DNA from: Candidatus Binatia bacterium | Lineage (GTDB): Bacteria; Desulfobacterota; Binatia; UBA1149; CAITLU01 | DNA: 59,012 nt | Direction: 5' to 3' | Assembly (NCBI GenBank): GCA_046261745.1 | Contig: JBHEOD010000007.1 | Location: forward strand, 1 to 59,012 | Shown here: positions 40,300 through 48,286 of the stretch, in pieces | How positions within the stretch are numbered: the first letter of the stretch is position 1 | How the letters are laid out: the number at the start of each line of letters is the position of its first letter | Notes under the pieces: model-generated | Database searches by the model: none | What the model was told of the DNA's origin: nothing | The model's input: the letters and a program-made list of their open reading frames with translations, nothing else | Made by a program: the position numbers and the translations under genes

Positions 40300-40470
40300 A
40301 TGAAAAAACTCATTGCCGGGCTAAGCGTGTTCGCGTTCGTTGGTATGACCACCGGATGCAGCACGGAACGCCAGACCAGAACGACCACCCGGACCGTCGA
40401 AACGGTTCCCGCTGCCCCCGTCGTCATCGAAAAGCGCACGACAACGATGGAAACCCGCACGAGCGACTGA
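40300..40470 (+). CDS. small lipoprotein, Thr-rich
   Basis: MKKLIAGLSVFAFVGMTTGC lipobox. It shares APVVIEKRTTTMETRT with the upstream gene's C-terminus. Confidence 0.55.
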   Translation: MKKLIAGLSVFAFVGMTTGCSTERQTRTTTRTVETVPAAPVVIEKRTTTMETRTSD

Positions 40471-40511
40471 CAAACTTCGCCATCCAGGTTCCCGAAAAAG
40501 GGCATCGAACT

Positions 40512-40567
40512 GGTGATCTCCCGCCCCGCGTCCCCGAAGGGGGGCTTCGACGGGCGGGAGGATCACC
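40512..40567 (+). other. long compound hairpin between the lipoprotein gene and the response regulator
   Basis: GGTGATCTCCCGCC pairs with GGCGGGAGGATCACC (14 bp, one bulge). It encloses an inner TCCCC-GAA-GGGGG hairpin. No T-run follows. Confidence 0.4.
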
Positions 40568-40624
40568 AAGCGAGGCCTTGATCCCGCATCGCGCGAAGGG
40601 GAGTGTCCGAAAGCGGACACCAGG

Positions 40625-41257
40625 ATGGCCATGAATCACGACACCCCGACCGTCTACGTCGTCGACGACGACGCCTCCGTGCGCAACTCGCTCCGCGAGT
40701 TGCTCGCCTCCGTTTCGCTTCCCGTGGAGACGTATGCGTCAAGCCGGGAATTTCTCGATTCCTTCCATCCCGAGCGACCAGGGTGCCTGGTTCTGGACGT
40801 TCGCCTGAAGGAAGGCAGCGGCCTGGATCTTCAGGACGAATTGGTCAAGCGCCACGTTCCATTGCCGATCATCGTGCTGACCGGTCACGGTGACGTGCCG
40901 AGTTCGGTGCGTGCACTCAAGGCCGGCGCTTTCGATTTCCTGCAGAAACCTCCTCCGCCTGACGTTCTTCTCGAGCGGATTCGTGCCGCCATCGAGAACG
41001 ATCGTCAGAGACGTGCGGCAGCGGCATCCCGAGAGGATGCGCTTCACCAGCTTGAATCGCTGACGCCGCGCGAGCGCGACGTGATGTCACTGCTCGTTTC
41101 CGGCTCCACTTCGAAGGAAGTCGCGTCGGACCTGGGGATCAGCGTGCGGACGGTAGAAGGGCACCGGCGCCGGGTACTTTCCAAGCTCAACGTCACCTCA
41201 GCTGCCCAGCTCGTGAGGGTCGTGATGAATACACGGGGGACCGAGGTCGAGAGCTAA
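40625..41257 (+). CDS. FixJ/NarL-type response regulator (REC + LuxR HTH), no adjacent kinase
   Basis: Contains VYVVDDDASV, LVLDVRL, LKAGAFDFLQKP, and an intact HTH LTPRERDVMSLLVSGSTSKEVASDLGISVRTVEGHRRRVLSKL. An alternative ATG is at 40631. Confidence 0.9.
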   Translation: MAMNHDTPTVYVVDDDASVRNSLRELLASVSLPVETYASSREFLDSFHPERPGCLVLDVRLKEGSGLDLQDELVKRHVPLPIIVLTGHGDVPSSVRALKAGAFDFLQKPPPPDVLLERIRAAIENDRQRRAAAASREDALHQLESLTPRERDVMSLLVSGSTSKEVASDLGISVRTVEGHRRRVLSKLNVTSAAQLVRVVMNTRGTEVES

Positions 41258-41328
41258 ACTCGACCCCGGCCCACTGTGCGTCCGGTCAGAACGCGACCGC
41301 GATCGTCGCGCCACGCGAAGAACCTGCG

Positions 41329-41652
41329 CTACACCAGTCCTTGCCGAACCAGCAGTACCGCAGCCTGCGTGCGATTCTTCACCTCGATCTTGCGGAATAT
41401 CCTCTTCAGCTCGGATTTCACGGTCTCCGGCGACACTCCGAGGCGGCCCGCGATCGAGGCGTTCGACAATCCGTCGCAGACGAGACGAAGAATCTGTTTC
41501 TCGCGCTCCGTAAGAGCACGGGGAATGCGATCCGGATCGTGCATCCTGGTACCTGAAGGCAACGGTGCGTTGCGGTTGGGACTTCTCAAATCCGGAGCGT
41601 GTTCGGCCGCTGCGGCGCCTGCGAGATAGGAAGTGTTTTTTTCGAAATTCAC
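41329..41652 (-). CDS. stand-alone LuxR/GerE-type HTH regulator
   Basis: GTG 41652 has SD GAGGAGA. Contains LTEREKQILRLVCDGLSNASIAGRLGVSPETVKSELKRIFRKIEVKNRTQAA. Confidence 0.7.
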   Translation of the reverse strand: MNFEKNTSYLAGAAAAEHAPDLRSPNRNAPLPSGTRMHDPDRIPRALTEREKQILRLVCDGLSNASIAGRLGVSPETVKSELKRIFRKIEVKNRTQAAVLLVRQGLV

Positions 41653-41762
41653 GGTGTCTCCTCTGCCCGGTCGGCGGGCCGCGCACAGGTAGTGCACGTC
41701 GTCACTGTATCGACCGACCAGATACCCACAAGGCCGGACTACTGCGCACGTAGAATCACGCG

Positions 41763-41796
41763 CGCAGAGCCACTCGCGTATTTCTCCGATCTTACG
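41763..41796 (+). promoter_or_regulatory. 34-nt island motif, copy B
   Basis: CGCAGAGCCACTCGCGTATTTCTCCGATCTTACG. A further CGTAGAATCACG lies 14 nt upstream, at 41749. The motif ends 30 nt before ATG 41827. Confidence 0.55.
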
Positions 41797-41826
41797 GGGG
41801 GTCTTTCGGCAGGGTACAACCGGTGC

Positions 41827-42213
41827 ATGAACGCAGCCGAACACATGACCGAAGACCGCTCCATGCCCGACGGACACTACGACGCGACGCAGCGGACGCT
41901 AATGCTGCGAGCCGAACATTCCTCCGTCTCTGCCGACACTCTTCCGGAGCACCGCCTGATGATCGCGCTGGTCAGGGATGCGATCCGATGCATCGACAAG
42001 TACCGGCACGCGCGTGATTTTCGCGGGAAACGCCTGTTCGCCCAGGACGCAGAGTGGGTCTTGTCCGACGACACCGGGTGGATCTATGCGTTCGCGCGAG
42101 TGTGCGAGACCCTCGACCTCGATCGGAACTCGGTTCGGATCGCCCTCGGTCTGCTGCCCGCCCGTGGCGCGGCCGCCACGAACGAGTCGAACTCCGCTTC
42201 GACCGTGCACTAG
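41827..42213 (+). CDS. hypothetical protein
   Basis: 128-aa reading from ATG 41827 inside track ORF 41599..42213. It is divergent from the LuxR gene. No recognisable domain. Confidence 0.5.
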   Translation: MNAAEHMTEDRSMPDGHYDATQRTLMLRAEHSSVSADTLPEHRLMIALVRDAIRCIDKYRHARDFRGKRLFAQDAEWVLSDDTGWIYAFARVCETLDLDRNSVRIALGLLPARGAAATNESNSASTVH

Positions 42214-42303
42214 CTCGATCCCTGCACGTTCCGGCGAAGTCCACGCTTTCGCACGTCCAGTCCCCGGTCGACGCCCGTTCGACCCTGCTCGAAGGAGCCC
42301 ACC

Positions 42304-42477
42304 ATGCTGAACTACGCCGTTACATTCTTCATCATCGCACTGATCGCGTCGGCCCTTGGCTTCGGCGGAGTGGCCGGCCTGTCGGCCGAAATCGGCTGGT
42401 TCTTCGCCATCGTAGCGCTCGTCCTTCTCGCCATCGGCCTGCTGACCGGTCGCGGCCGCGGCATGCTACGCCCCTGA
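42304..42477 (+). CDS. DUF1328 (YtjA-like) small membrane protein, 57 aa (paralog 2)
   Basis: Not in the ORF track. SD GAAGGAG is present. Sequence MLNYAVTFFIIALIASALGFGGVAGLSAEIGWFFAIVALVLLAIGLLTGRGRGMLRP. Confidence 0.8.
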   Translation: MLNYAVTFFIIALIASALGFGGVAGLSAEIGWFFAIVALVLLAIGLLTGRGRGMLRP

Positions 42478-42546
42478 CACGCCTGAGAGGCTGGCCCGGC
42501 CGCGCAGGACTGCGCCGCGCACCGGCCGCGCACGAAGGAGACTTTC

Positions 42547-42765
42547 ATGCCCACCGAACCCAGGACCCAGCCCGACACGGACCAGCCGTCTTCGATTCCG
42601 CCAATGGCGGCGCTGCAATCGGACATGGAGGCGATCGGCCTCAATGTCTCCTACCTCGAGCAGGAGGCGCGGACACTGATCCGCCAACGACCGGTGATGG
42701 CGGCGCTGGCGGCGGCCGGGCTCGGGTATCTCCTCGCGCGCCTTGCCAGTCGCGCGAGCCGCTAG
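42547..42765 (+). CDS. DUF883/ElaB-like tail-anchored protein (tentative)
   Basis: SD AAGGAG is present. The C-terminus RQRPVMAALAAAGLGYLLARLASRASR resembles the YqjD/ElaB anchor. Confidence 0.6.
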   Translation: MPTEPRTQPDTDQPSSIPPMAALQSDMEAIGLNVSYLEQEARTLIRQRPVMAALAAAGLGYLLARLASRASR

Positions 42766-42770
42766 GACAC

Positions 42771-43112
42771 GTGCACGTTAGAGACCCTTCGGGCCAGGAG
42801 CGTCGCACTCTCGGCAGTCACGCCCGGCAGCTCCGCAGCGACACGAGGGCTCTCGTCGCCGAGATCGCCAGCACCAGGGCCGACCTCGAAGGCGCTCTCG
42901 CCGACAACGCGAGACAGCGCCCATACCTCACACTCACGGCGGCTGCCGGCGTCGGCTACGTGCTGGGCGGCGGACTACGCTCGCAGTTCACCGTCGTGAT
43001 CCTCGGTGTGGCCGCGCGTCTCGTGACTGCCATCGCGGTGCGACAGCTGGGCGAGCTTGCCGGCCGGGCGCAATCTTCACCACGTCCACAACCATCGTCC
43101 ACCGGCACCTGA
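42771..43112 (+). CDS. second DUF883-like membrane-anchored protein (tentative)
   Basis: GTG 42771 lies 6 nt after the previous stop. Contains QRPYLTLTAAAGVGYVLGGGL plus a further hydrophobic helix. Confidence 0.5.
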   Translation: MHVRDPSGQERRTLGSHARQLRSDTRALVAEIASTRADLEGALADNARQRPYLTLTAAAGVGYVLGGGLRSQFTVVILGVAARLVTAIAVRQLGELAGRAQSSPRPQPSSTGT

Positions 43113-43139
43113 GCGTAGGGAACCGGCAAAGGAGGTCGA

Positions 43140-43292
43140 ATGTCGCCGCTACTGATTGTCATCCTGTTGCTGCTCGTCTTTGGCGGACTTCCGAATTGGG
43201 GATACCACCAGTACGGCTACGGGCCTTCTGGAATCGGCGGTATCCTGCTTGTCGTCCTCGTCATCATGCTGCTGACCGGAAGGCTGCGCTGA
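43140..43292 (+). CDS. DUF3309 small membrane protein, 50 aa
   Basis: Not in the ORF track. SD AAAGGAGG is present. Sequence MSPLLIVILLLLVFGGLPNWGYHQYGYGPSGIGGILLVVLVIMLLTGRLR. Confidence 0.7.
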   Translation: MSPLLIVILLLLVFGGLPNWGYHQYGYGPSGIGGILLVVLVIMLLTGRLR

Positions 43293-43353
43293 CGCACGCG
43301 ATCCTTCGCGCGCAAGCCTTCCGACGACAACGCACGCAACCGGGCGCCCAATC

Positions 43354-44841
43354 ATGACCACCGACGATCCCGGCCACGTGCGGGTTCCCGGCGTGGCAGA
43401 TGTTGCCGCCGCCACGGCCGTGGTGATCGCGATGCTCATCGCCGTGGCGATCGGTTACCTGCTGCTCGACATCCTGTTCTTGCTGTTCTTCGGCATCGTC
43501 GTCTCGGCGGCTCTCCAGCCGGGGCACGTCGCACTCGGACGGTTGGGCGTGCCCAAAGGGCTCGCGGTCCTGCTGATCTACCTTCTGATCCTCGCCGCCA
43601 TCGCGCTCATGTTGCTGGTGGTCGGCCCGCTGGTGATCGAGCAGTTGGGGAAATTCATCAGTGAAGTGCCGCAATCCTATGCCGACGCACGTTCATGGCT
43701 CCAGTCCAGCAGTTCATGGCCGCTACAGGTCCTTGGGTACCGCATCCCGCCCCTTGAGCGCCTGACGCCCGCGCTGACCGACCTGGCGCCGCACATGCTC
43801 CAGGGAACGCTGGGCGTCACCACGAGCGTCATCCTGCTGCCGGGCTACATCGTGACGGTGCTCGCCATCGGCTTCTACTGGACGATGGAAGTGCCGCGTT
43901 TCGAGCGATTGATCCTGTCGCTGATCGCGGTGGAGAAAAGGCCCCGCGCGCTCAATGCGTGGCACGAAATCGAAACCAAACTCGGTGGGTTCATCCGCGG
44001 CCAGGGTCTGGCCATGCTGTTCGTCGCCGTTGTTTCCGGAGTGGGTTATGCGCTGATCGGACTGCCCAGCGTGCTGGCGCTCGCCGTGCTCGCGGGACTG
44101 CTGGAGGCCATTCCGTGGATCGGGCCACTGCTCGCGGTGTTTCCGGCGTTGTTCGTCGCGCTACCGCTGGGCACCGACAAGGCATTCCTGGTCATCGGTT
44201 TCGCCCTGCTACTCCAGGTCCTCGAGAACAACGTCCTCATTCCGCGCATCATGAACCGCTCCGTCGGGGTCAGCGCGCTCGTAAGCTTGATGGCCATCCT
44301 GGCCTTCGGCACGCTTTACGGAGTGGTCGGAGTCCTGATCGCGATACCGATGGCGGCAGTGATCCAGGTACTGCTCGACTTTCTCGTTGTGAACATCGAG
44401 GAGGTGACTCCGGAAGAACTGGCAGGTCCGTGGACCGATCTTCGGCACCGCATCGGGGCGCTGCGCCAGCGAGCTCGTGAAAGGCTTCGGGCCCGTGACA
44501 GCCGCATGGGCATCGATCCGGCAACCGCGGACCACGTCGTGGATGCGCTCGACCAGCAGATCGAGGGGGCGGTGACGAGAGTCGAGAAACTCATCTCGAT
44601 CGCGGAACGCACGTCCGATCCGTCGGCCGAAGGCGCGCTGGCCGCCATGCTGGAAAGGCTTCAGGCGGCCGCCGGCGAAGTGGAGCGGGCTGTCGATCGT
44701 GCCGATGCGAGCGAGACGCCGGGGCTCGAACCGATCCTCGACACACTTGGACAGGCGACGCAGAAGTTCGATAGTGCGATCCAGGAGGCGGAAACGCTGA
44801 TCGTTTCCGCCCAGGCGAACGCGCCGCCGCGGAGGGCCTGA
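43354..44841 (+). CDS. AI-2E (PerM/YhhT) family transporter with about 130-aa soluble C-terminal extension
   Basis: Multiple TM helices. The conserved C-terminal core is LLEAIPWIGPLLA...VLENNVLIPRIM. A helical tail follows. Confidence 0.85.
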   Translation: MTTDDPGHVRVPGVADVAAATAVVIAMLIAVAIGYLLLDILFLLFFGIVVSAALQPGHVALGRLGVPKGLAVLLIYLLILAAIALMLLVVGPLVIEQLGKFISEVPQSYADARSWLQSSSSWPLQVLGYRIPPLERLTPALTDLAPHMLQGTLGVTTSVILLPGYIVTVLAIGFYWTMEVPRFERLILSLIAVEKRPRALNAWHEIETKLGGFIRGQGLAMLFVAVVSGVGYALIGLPSVLALAVLAGLLEAIPWIGPLLAVFPALFVALPLGTDKAFLVIGFALLLQVLENNVLIPRIMNRSVGVSALVSLMAILAFGTLYGVVGVLIAIPMAAVIQVLLDFLVVNIEEVTPEELAGPWTDLRHRIGALRQRARERLRARDSRMGIDPATADHVVDALDQQIEGAVTRVEKLISIAERTSDPSAEGALAAMLERLQAAAGEVERAVDRADASETPGLEPILDTLGQATQKFDSAIQEAETLIVSAQANAPPRRA

Positions 44842-44880
44842 GACGCGCAGCCCGGGCGCCTCCAAGGCCCTGCTCAACCC

Positions 44881-44914
44881 CGTAGATTCACGCGCGTAGT
44901 AGTCCCACCTTACA
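44881..44914 (+). promoter_or_regulatory. 34-nt island motif, copy C
   Basis: CGTAGATTCACGCGCGTAGTAGTCCCACCTTACA lies 110 nt upstream of csbD. Confidence 0.55.
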
Positions 44915-45024
44915 CGAAGCACCGGTGGCCCCTATAGGTGGTGCACGGCACGGATGTGGGTTCCCCTCGTGCGCACCAGCGCCGCGTCCTTCGACGCAGG
45001 CAAGAAGACAACAGGAGAATCGCG

Positions 45025-45237
45025 ATGAACTGGGATCAGATTGAAGGCAAGTGGAAGGAAATGACGGGTAGCGTGAAAGAGCAGTGGGGCAAGATCACCG
45101 ACGACGAGCTCACGACGATCGGCGGCAAGCGCGACAGGTTGGCCGGCATCATCCAGGCCAAGTACGGCGTGGCCAAGGAAGCCGCCGAAGAGCAGATCGC
45201 CAAGTTCGAACGCGGTCTCGACGAACTCAAGAGCTGA
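45025..45237 (+). CDS. csbD: CsbD-family general stress protein
   Basis: SD AGGAGA is present. Sequence MNWDQIEGKWKEMTGSVKEQWGKITDDELTTIGGKRDRLAGIIQAKYG. Confidence 0.9.
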   Translation: MNWDQIEGKWKEMTGSVKEQWGKITDDELTTIGGKRDRLAGIIQAKYGVAKEAAEEQIAKFERGLDELKS

Positions 45238-45254
45238 GCCCTCGCACCCGCCGC

Positions 45255-45280
45255 CACGCGCAACTCGCGAGTTGCGCGTG
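45255..45280. other. 26-bp perfect palindrome between csbD and the BON gene
   Basis: CACGCGCAACTCG|CGAGTTGCGCGTG. It shares ACGCGCAACT with the DUF3185 promoter region. Confidence 0.4.
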
Positions 45281-45341
45281 CGCAGCATCCATCGCCCGGA
45301 GCCGCTTCCCCGCGGCTTCGGGCCAACCAAGGAGCACGCCT

Positions 45342-46394
45342 ATGACGTTCGCCATCAGCGCCTCTCGCGCCGCCACCATCGCCGCATTCATCGCCCTCTG
45401 CGTTGCCACGCCGGCTTCCGCTGGAACCACACCGACGGACGCCTGGCTCACCACCAAGGTGAAGCTCGCCATCGCGACAACCGACGGAGTCAATCCCACC
45501 GAAGTTCATGTCGATACGGTGCGCCGCGCGGTCACGCTGCACGGCACCGTCAACACCGCCGTCGAGAAGGGCATCGCCGAACAGGCCGCCACGAGCGTCA
45601 CCGGCGTGGACTCGGTGCGCAATCTGCTCCAGGTCGTCCCGGCGGAGAACGAAGCCGCCGTCGAAGAGAAGGATGACAAGATCAGCGCACGCGTGTCGGC
45701 CGCCCTCGCCAAGGAGCCTTCACTGAAGGACAGCAGCATCGCCGTGCAGTCCGTCAACAAGGGCGTTGTGTTGCTGAAGGGCAGCGCCGCGAACCTCAGC
45801 GATCACCTGGACGCGATCGAAGTCGCACGCAGCGTCAAGGGCGTGCGTCGCGTGGCGAGCGAGGTCGAGAGCAAGGACCAGCTCGCGGACAAGAGCATCT
45901 GGAAGGAACGCAACATGGCGGTTGAAGGCGCCGATCCCGCGAGCACTCCAGGCGCAGCCACCGACCTCTACACCACCTCCATGGTAAAAATGCGGCTGCT
46001 CGCCAACGGGGAAACTCCCGCCATGGACATCAACGTGGACACGCGCGCCGGCGTGGTCACGCTCTTCGGCATGGTACCGACGGCGGAGAGCAAGGCTGCC
46101 GCCGAGGCCGAGGCCGGCAAGACGAGCGGCGTCGCGTCGGTGAAGAACCAGCTCCAGGTCGTCGCGACTGCGAAGCAGCCGGCCGTCGAAGCCAGGGACG
46201 ACGTGATCCAGGCCGAGGTCAAGGCGAACCTCGAGAAGAACGCCGACCTCGCCAAAGTGACTCCCGAAGTGAAAAATTGCGTCGTACGGCTGACGGGCAC
46301 CGTGCCTTCGGGCATCGAGCGCGTCGAGGCCATGCAGGCTGCACGCGCCACCAAGGGCGTATGCTCCGTAAAGGAAGACCTTACCTTCCAGTAG
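45342..46394 (+). CDS. periplasmic OsmY-like protein with four BON domains
   Basis: SD AAGGAG and a signal peptide are present. There are four repeats of the BON pattern (for example VDTVRRAVTLHGTV...VDSVRNLLQV). Confidence 0.85.
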   Translation: MTFAISASRAATIAAFIALCVATPASAGTTPTDAWLTTKVKLAIATTDGVNPTEVHVDTVRRAVTLHGTVNTAVEKGIAEQAATSVTGVDSVRNLLQVVPAENEAAVEEKDDKISARVSAALAKEPSLKDSSIAVQSVNKGVVLLKGSAANLSDHLDAIEVARSVKGVRRVASEVESKDQLADKSIWKERNMAVEGADPASTPGAATDLYTTSMVKMRLLANGETPAMDINVDTRAGVVTLFGMVPTAESKAAAEAEAGKTSGVASVKNQLQVVATAKQPAVEARDDVIQAEVKANLEKNADLAKVTPEVKNCVVRLTGTVPSGIERVEAMQAARATKGVCSVKEDLTFQ

Positions 46395-46507
46395 CGGGGC
46401 GCTGCCGCGTGCGCGCATGCGCATGACCGGCAGCAACTGCGTGGAACAATCGCCGGCAGGCGACCAAAGAAACGGCAGGACTCCCCTCGTCCTTCCGCTT
46501 CGATCGG

Positions 46508-48214
46508 TCATCCGCCGTCGCGCCCTCGCGCCGCCGGTTCAGCCCCACCGCTGTCCTGGCGGCGCGAGGCGAGTCTCTCGCCGAGCCGCTTGCCAAGTCG
46601 CTCGAGTGCCTTCGAGCGATCCATCTTGTCCAGGTGCACGTTCACGATCGAGAACGCCTCGGTGTTGGCGCGCGCCTGCACGAGCGCGTCCTCGAGCTCA
46701 CTCTCGGTGCGAACCTCGCAACCCCATCCCTTGCGCAGCAGCAGCGGCACCAGGTGATAGGCCCAGTCGTGAATGTCGTTGTAGGGACCTTCCCGGATGT
46801 AGCGCTCGGTGGTGTAGCCCTTGTTGTTGAGTACGAACACGATCGGGTTCAGGCCCTGCATGGCAGCCGTCGAAAGCTCCTGCCCCGTCATCTGGAACGC
46901 ACCGTCACCGACAAGCACGATCGGGCGTGACGCGCGTTTGTATATTTGCGCGCCGACGGCCGCCGGCACCGCGAAACCCATCGACGTGTAGTAGGCCGGA
47001 CTCAGGAATTCGGTGCGGTGCCGGATGATGAGATCGGCCGCGCCGAACAGCGAATCGCCGATGTCGGCAATCACGACGTCTCCGTCCTCCAGGAACGCGT
47101 CGAGCCGCTCGAAGAACCGCCGCACCGTGGCCGGCCGGGACGGGCGCACCTTGAACGGGCGCGCTGCTGCTGCCGCTGCCGACGCGCTGACGATGCGCTG
47201 CTCGCGGCGCAGCCCGACGTCGGTCTGCATAAGCCCTTCCATGAAGTCGCCGAGCACGACGTCTTCGTAGTGATGATGTCGGATCGACGCCTTTTCCGAG
47301 TTCACGTTGATGGTGCGGTCGATGTCCAGGTGCGCGGTGTAGACCCCCAGGTTGATGTCCGTCATGAACGCGCCGAGGATCAGCGCGCAATCGGCGCCTT
47401 CCACCGTGCGACGAACCTCCTCGCGGCCCATCGCGCCTTCGTAGATGCCGACGTACTGCGGATGCAGCTCGGTGATCACCGACTTTCCGAGAATGGTCGC
47501 GGCCACCGGGTAGCCCGTGCGTTCCACGAGACGCACGAGCGCTTCCTGGAGACCGAAGCGGTGGATCTCGACGCCGGCGAGGATCACCGGGCGGCGCGCC
47601 TTGCGCAGCATCGCGGCGGCCTCCTCGAGGCACTCGCGCAGGACGTCCTTGTCGCTGTTCGGGCGCGGTACCACGAATTCACCGGGCGCCGCGCAAGGAG
47701 CATCCACCATGTCGCGCGGCAGCTCGAGGAACACCGGGCGTTTCTGGCGCATGCACGCGCGCAGGCACTCGTCGATCTGCGCGGGCGCCGTGCGTGCGTC
47801 CTCGAGGGAAACCGCCGCCACGGTCACCTTCTCGAAGATCTGGCGCTGGGTCTGAAAGTCGCGAACCTTGTGATGAAGGAGCGGCGAATGCGCGCGTTCG
47901 CCGAGGCCCGGGGCCCCACTGATCACGACGAGAGGCGATTTCTCGGCATACGCTCCTGCCACCGCGTTAAGCGTGTTCAGGCCGCCAACGCAGTAGGTGA
48001 CGCACACGGCGCCGAGTCCGCTCACGCGAGCGTACGCGTCGGCCGCGAATCCGGCGCCCGCCTCTGTGCAGGTGCCGACCACTTCGAGCCTGCTGGCGAC
48101 CAGCAAGTCGTAAAAGCCGAGTACGTAATCGCCGGGGATTCCGAAGACGTGACCGAGACCGGTCTGCTCGAGGCGATGGACGAGATAGCGACCGATCGTG
48201 CTTGGCTGGCTCAT
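46508..48214 (-). CDS. TPP-dependent alpha-keto acid decarboxylase (indolepyruvate/phenylpyruvate/pyruvate decarboxylase family)
   Basis: Contains IGRYLVHRLEQTGLGHVFGIPGDYVL and the TPP-binding motif GDGAFQMTGQELST...NN. ATG 48214 is preceded by AAGGAG. Confidence 0.9.
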   Translation of the reverse strand: MSQPSTIGRYLVHRLEQTGLGHVFGIPGDYVLGFYDLLVASRLEVVGTCTEAGAGFAADAYARVSGLGAVCVTYCVGGLNTLNAVAGAYAEKSPLVVISGAPGLGERAHSPLLHHKVRDFQTQRQIFEKVTVAAVSLEDARTAPAQIDECLRACMRQKRPVFLELPRDMVDAPCAAPGEFVVPRPNSDKDVLRECLEEAAAMLRKARRPVILAGVEIHRFGLQEALVRLVERTGYPVAATILGKSVITELHPQYVGIYEGAMGREEVRRTVEGADCALILGAFMTDINLGVYTAHLDIDRTINVNSEKASIRHHHYEDVVLGDFMEGLMQTDVGLRREQRIVSASAAAAAARPFKVRPSRPATVRRFFERLDAFLEDGDVVIADIGDSLFGAADLIIRHRTEFLSPAYYTSMGFAVPAAVGAQIYKRASRPIVLVGDGAFQMTGQELSTAAMQGLNPIVFVLNNKGYTTERYIREGPYNDIHDWAYHLVPLLLRKGWGCEVRTESELEDALVQARANTEAFSIVNVHLDKMDRSKALERLGKRLGERLASRRQDSGGAEPAARGRDGG

Positions 48215-48286
48215 CGAGGTTCGCTCCTTCACCGGTCGGCCGGACCCGAACCTACCGCGATCGTCGTCGTGGTGTCGACCACACCC

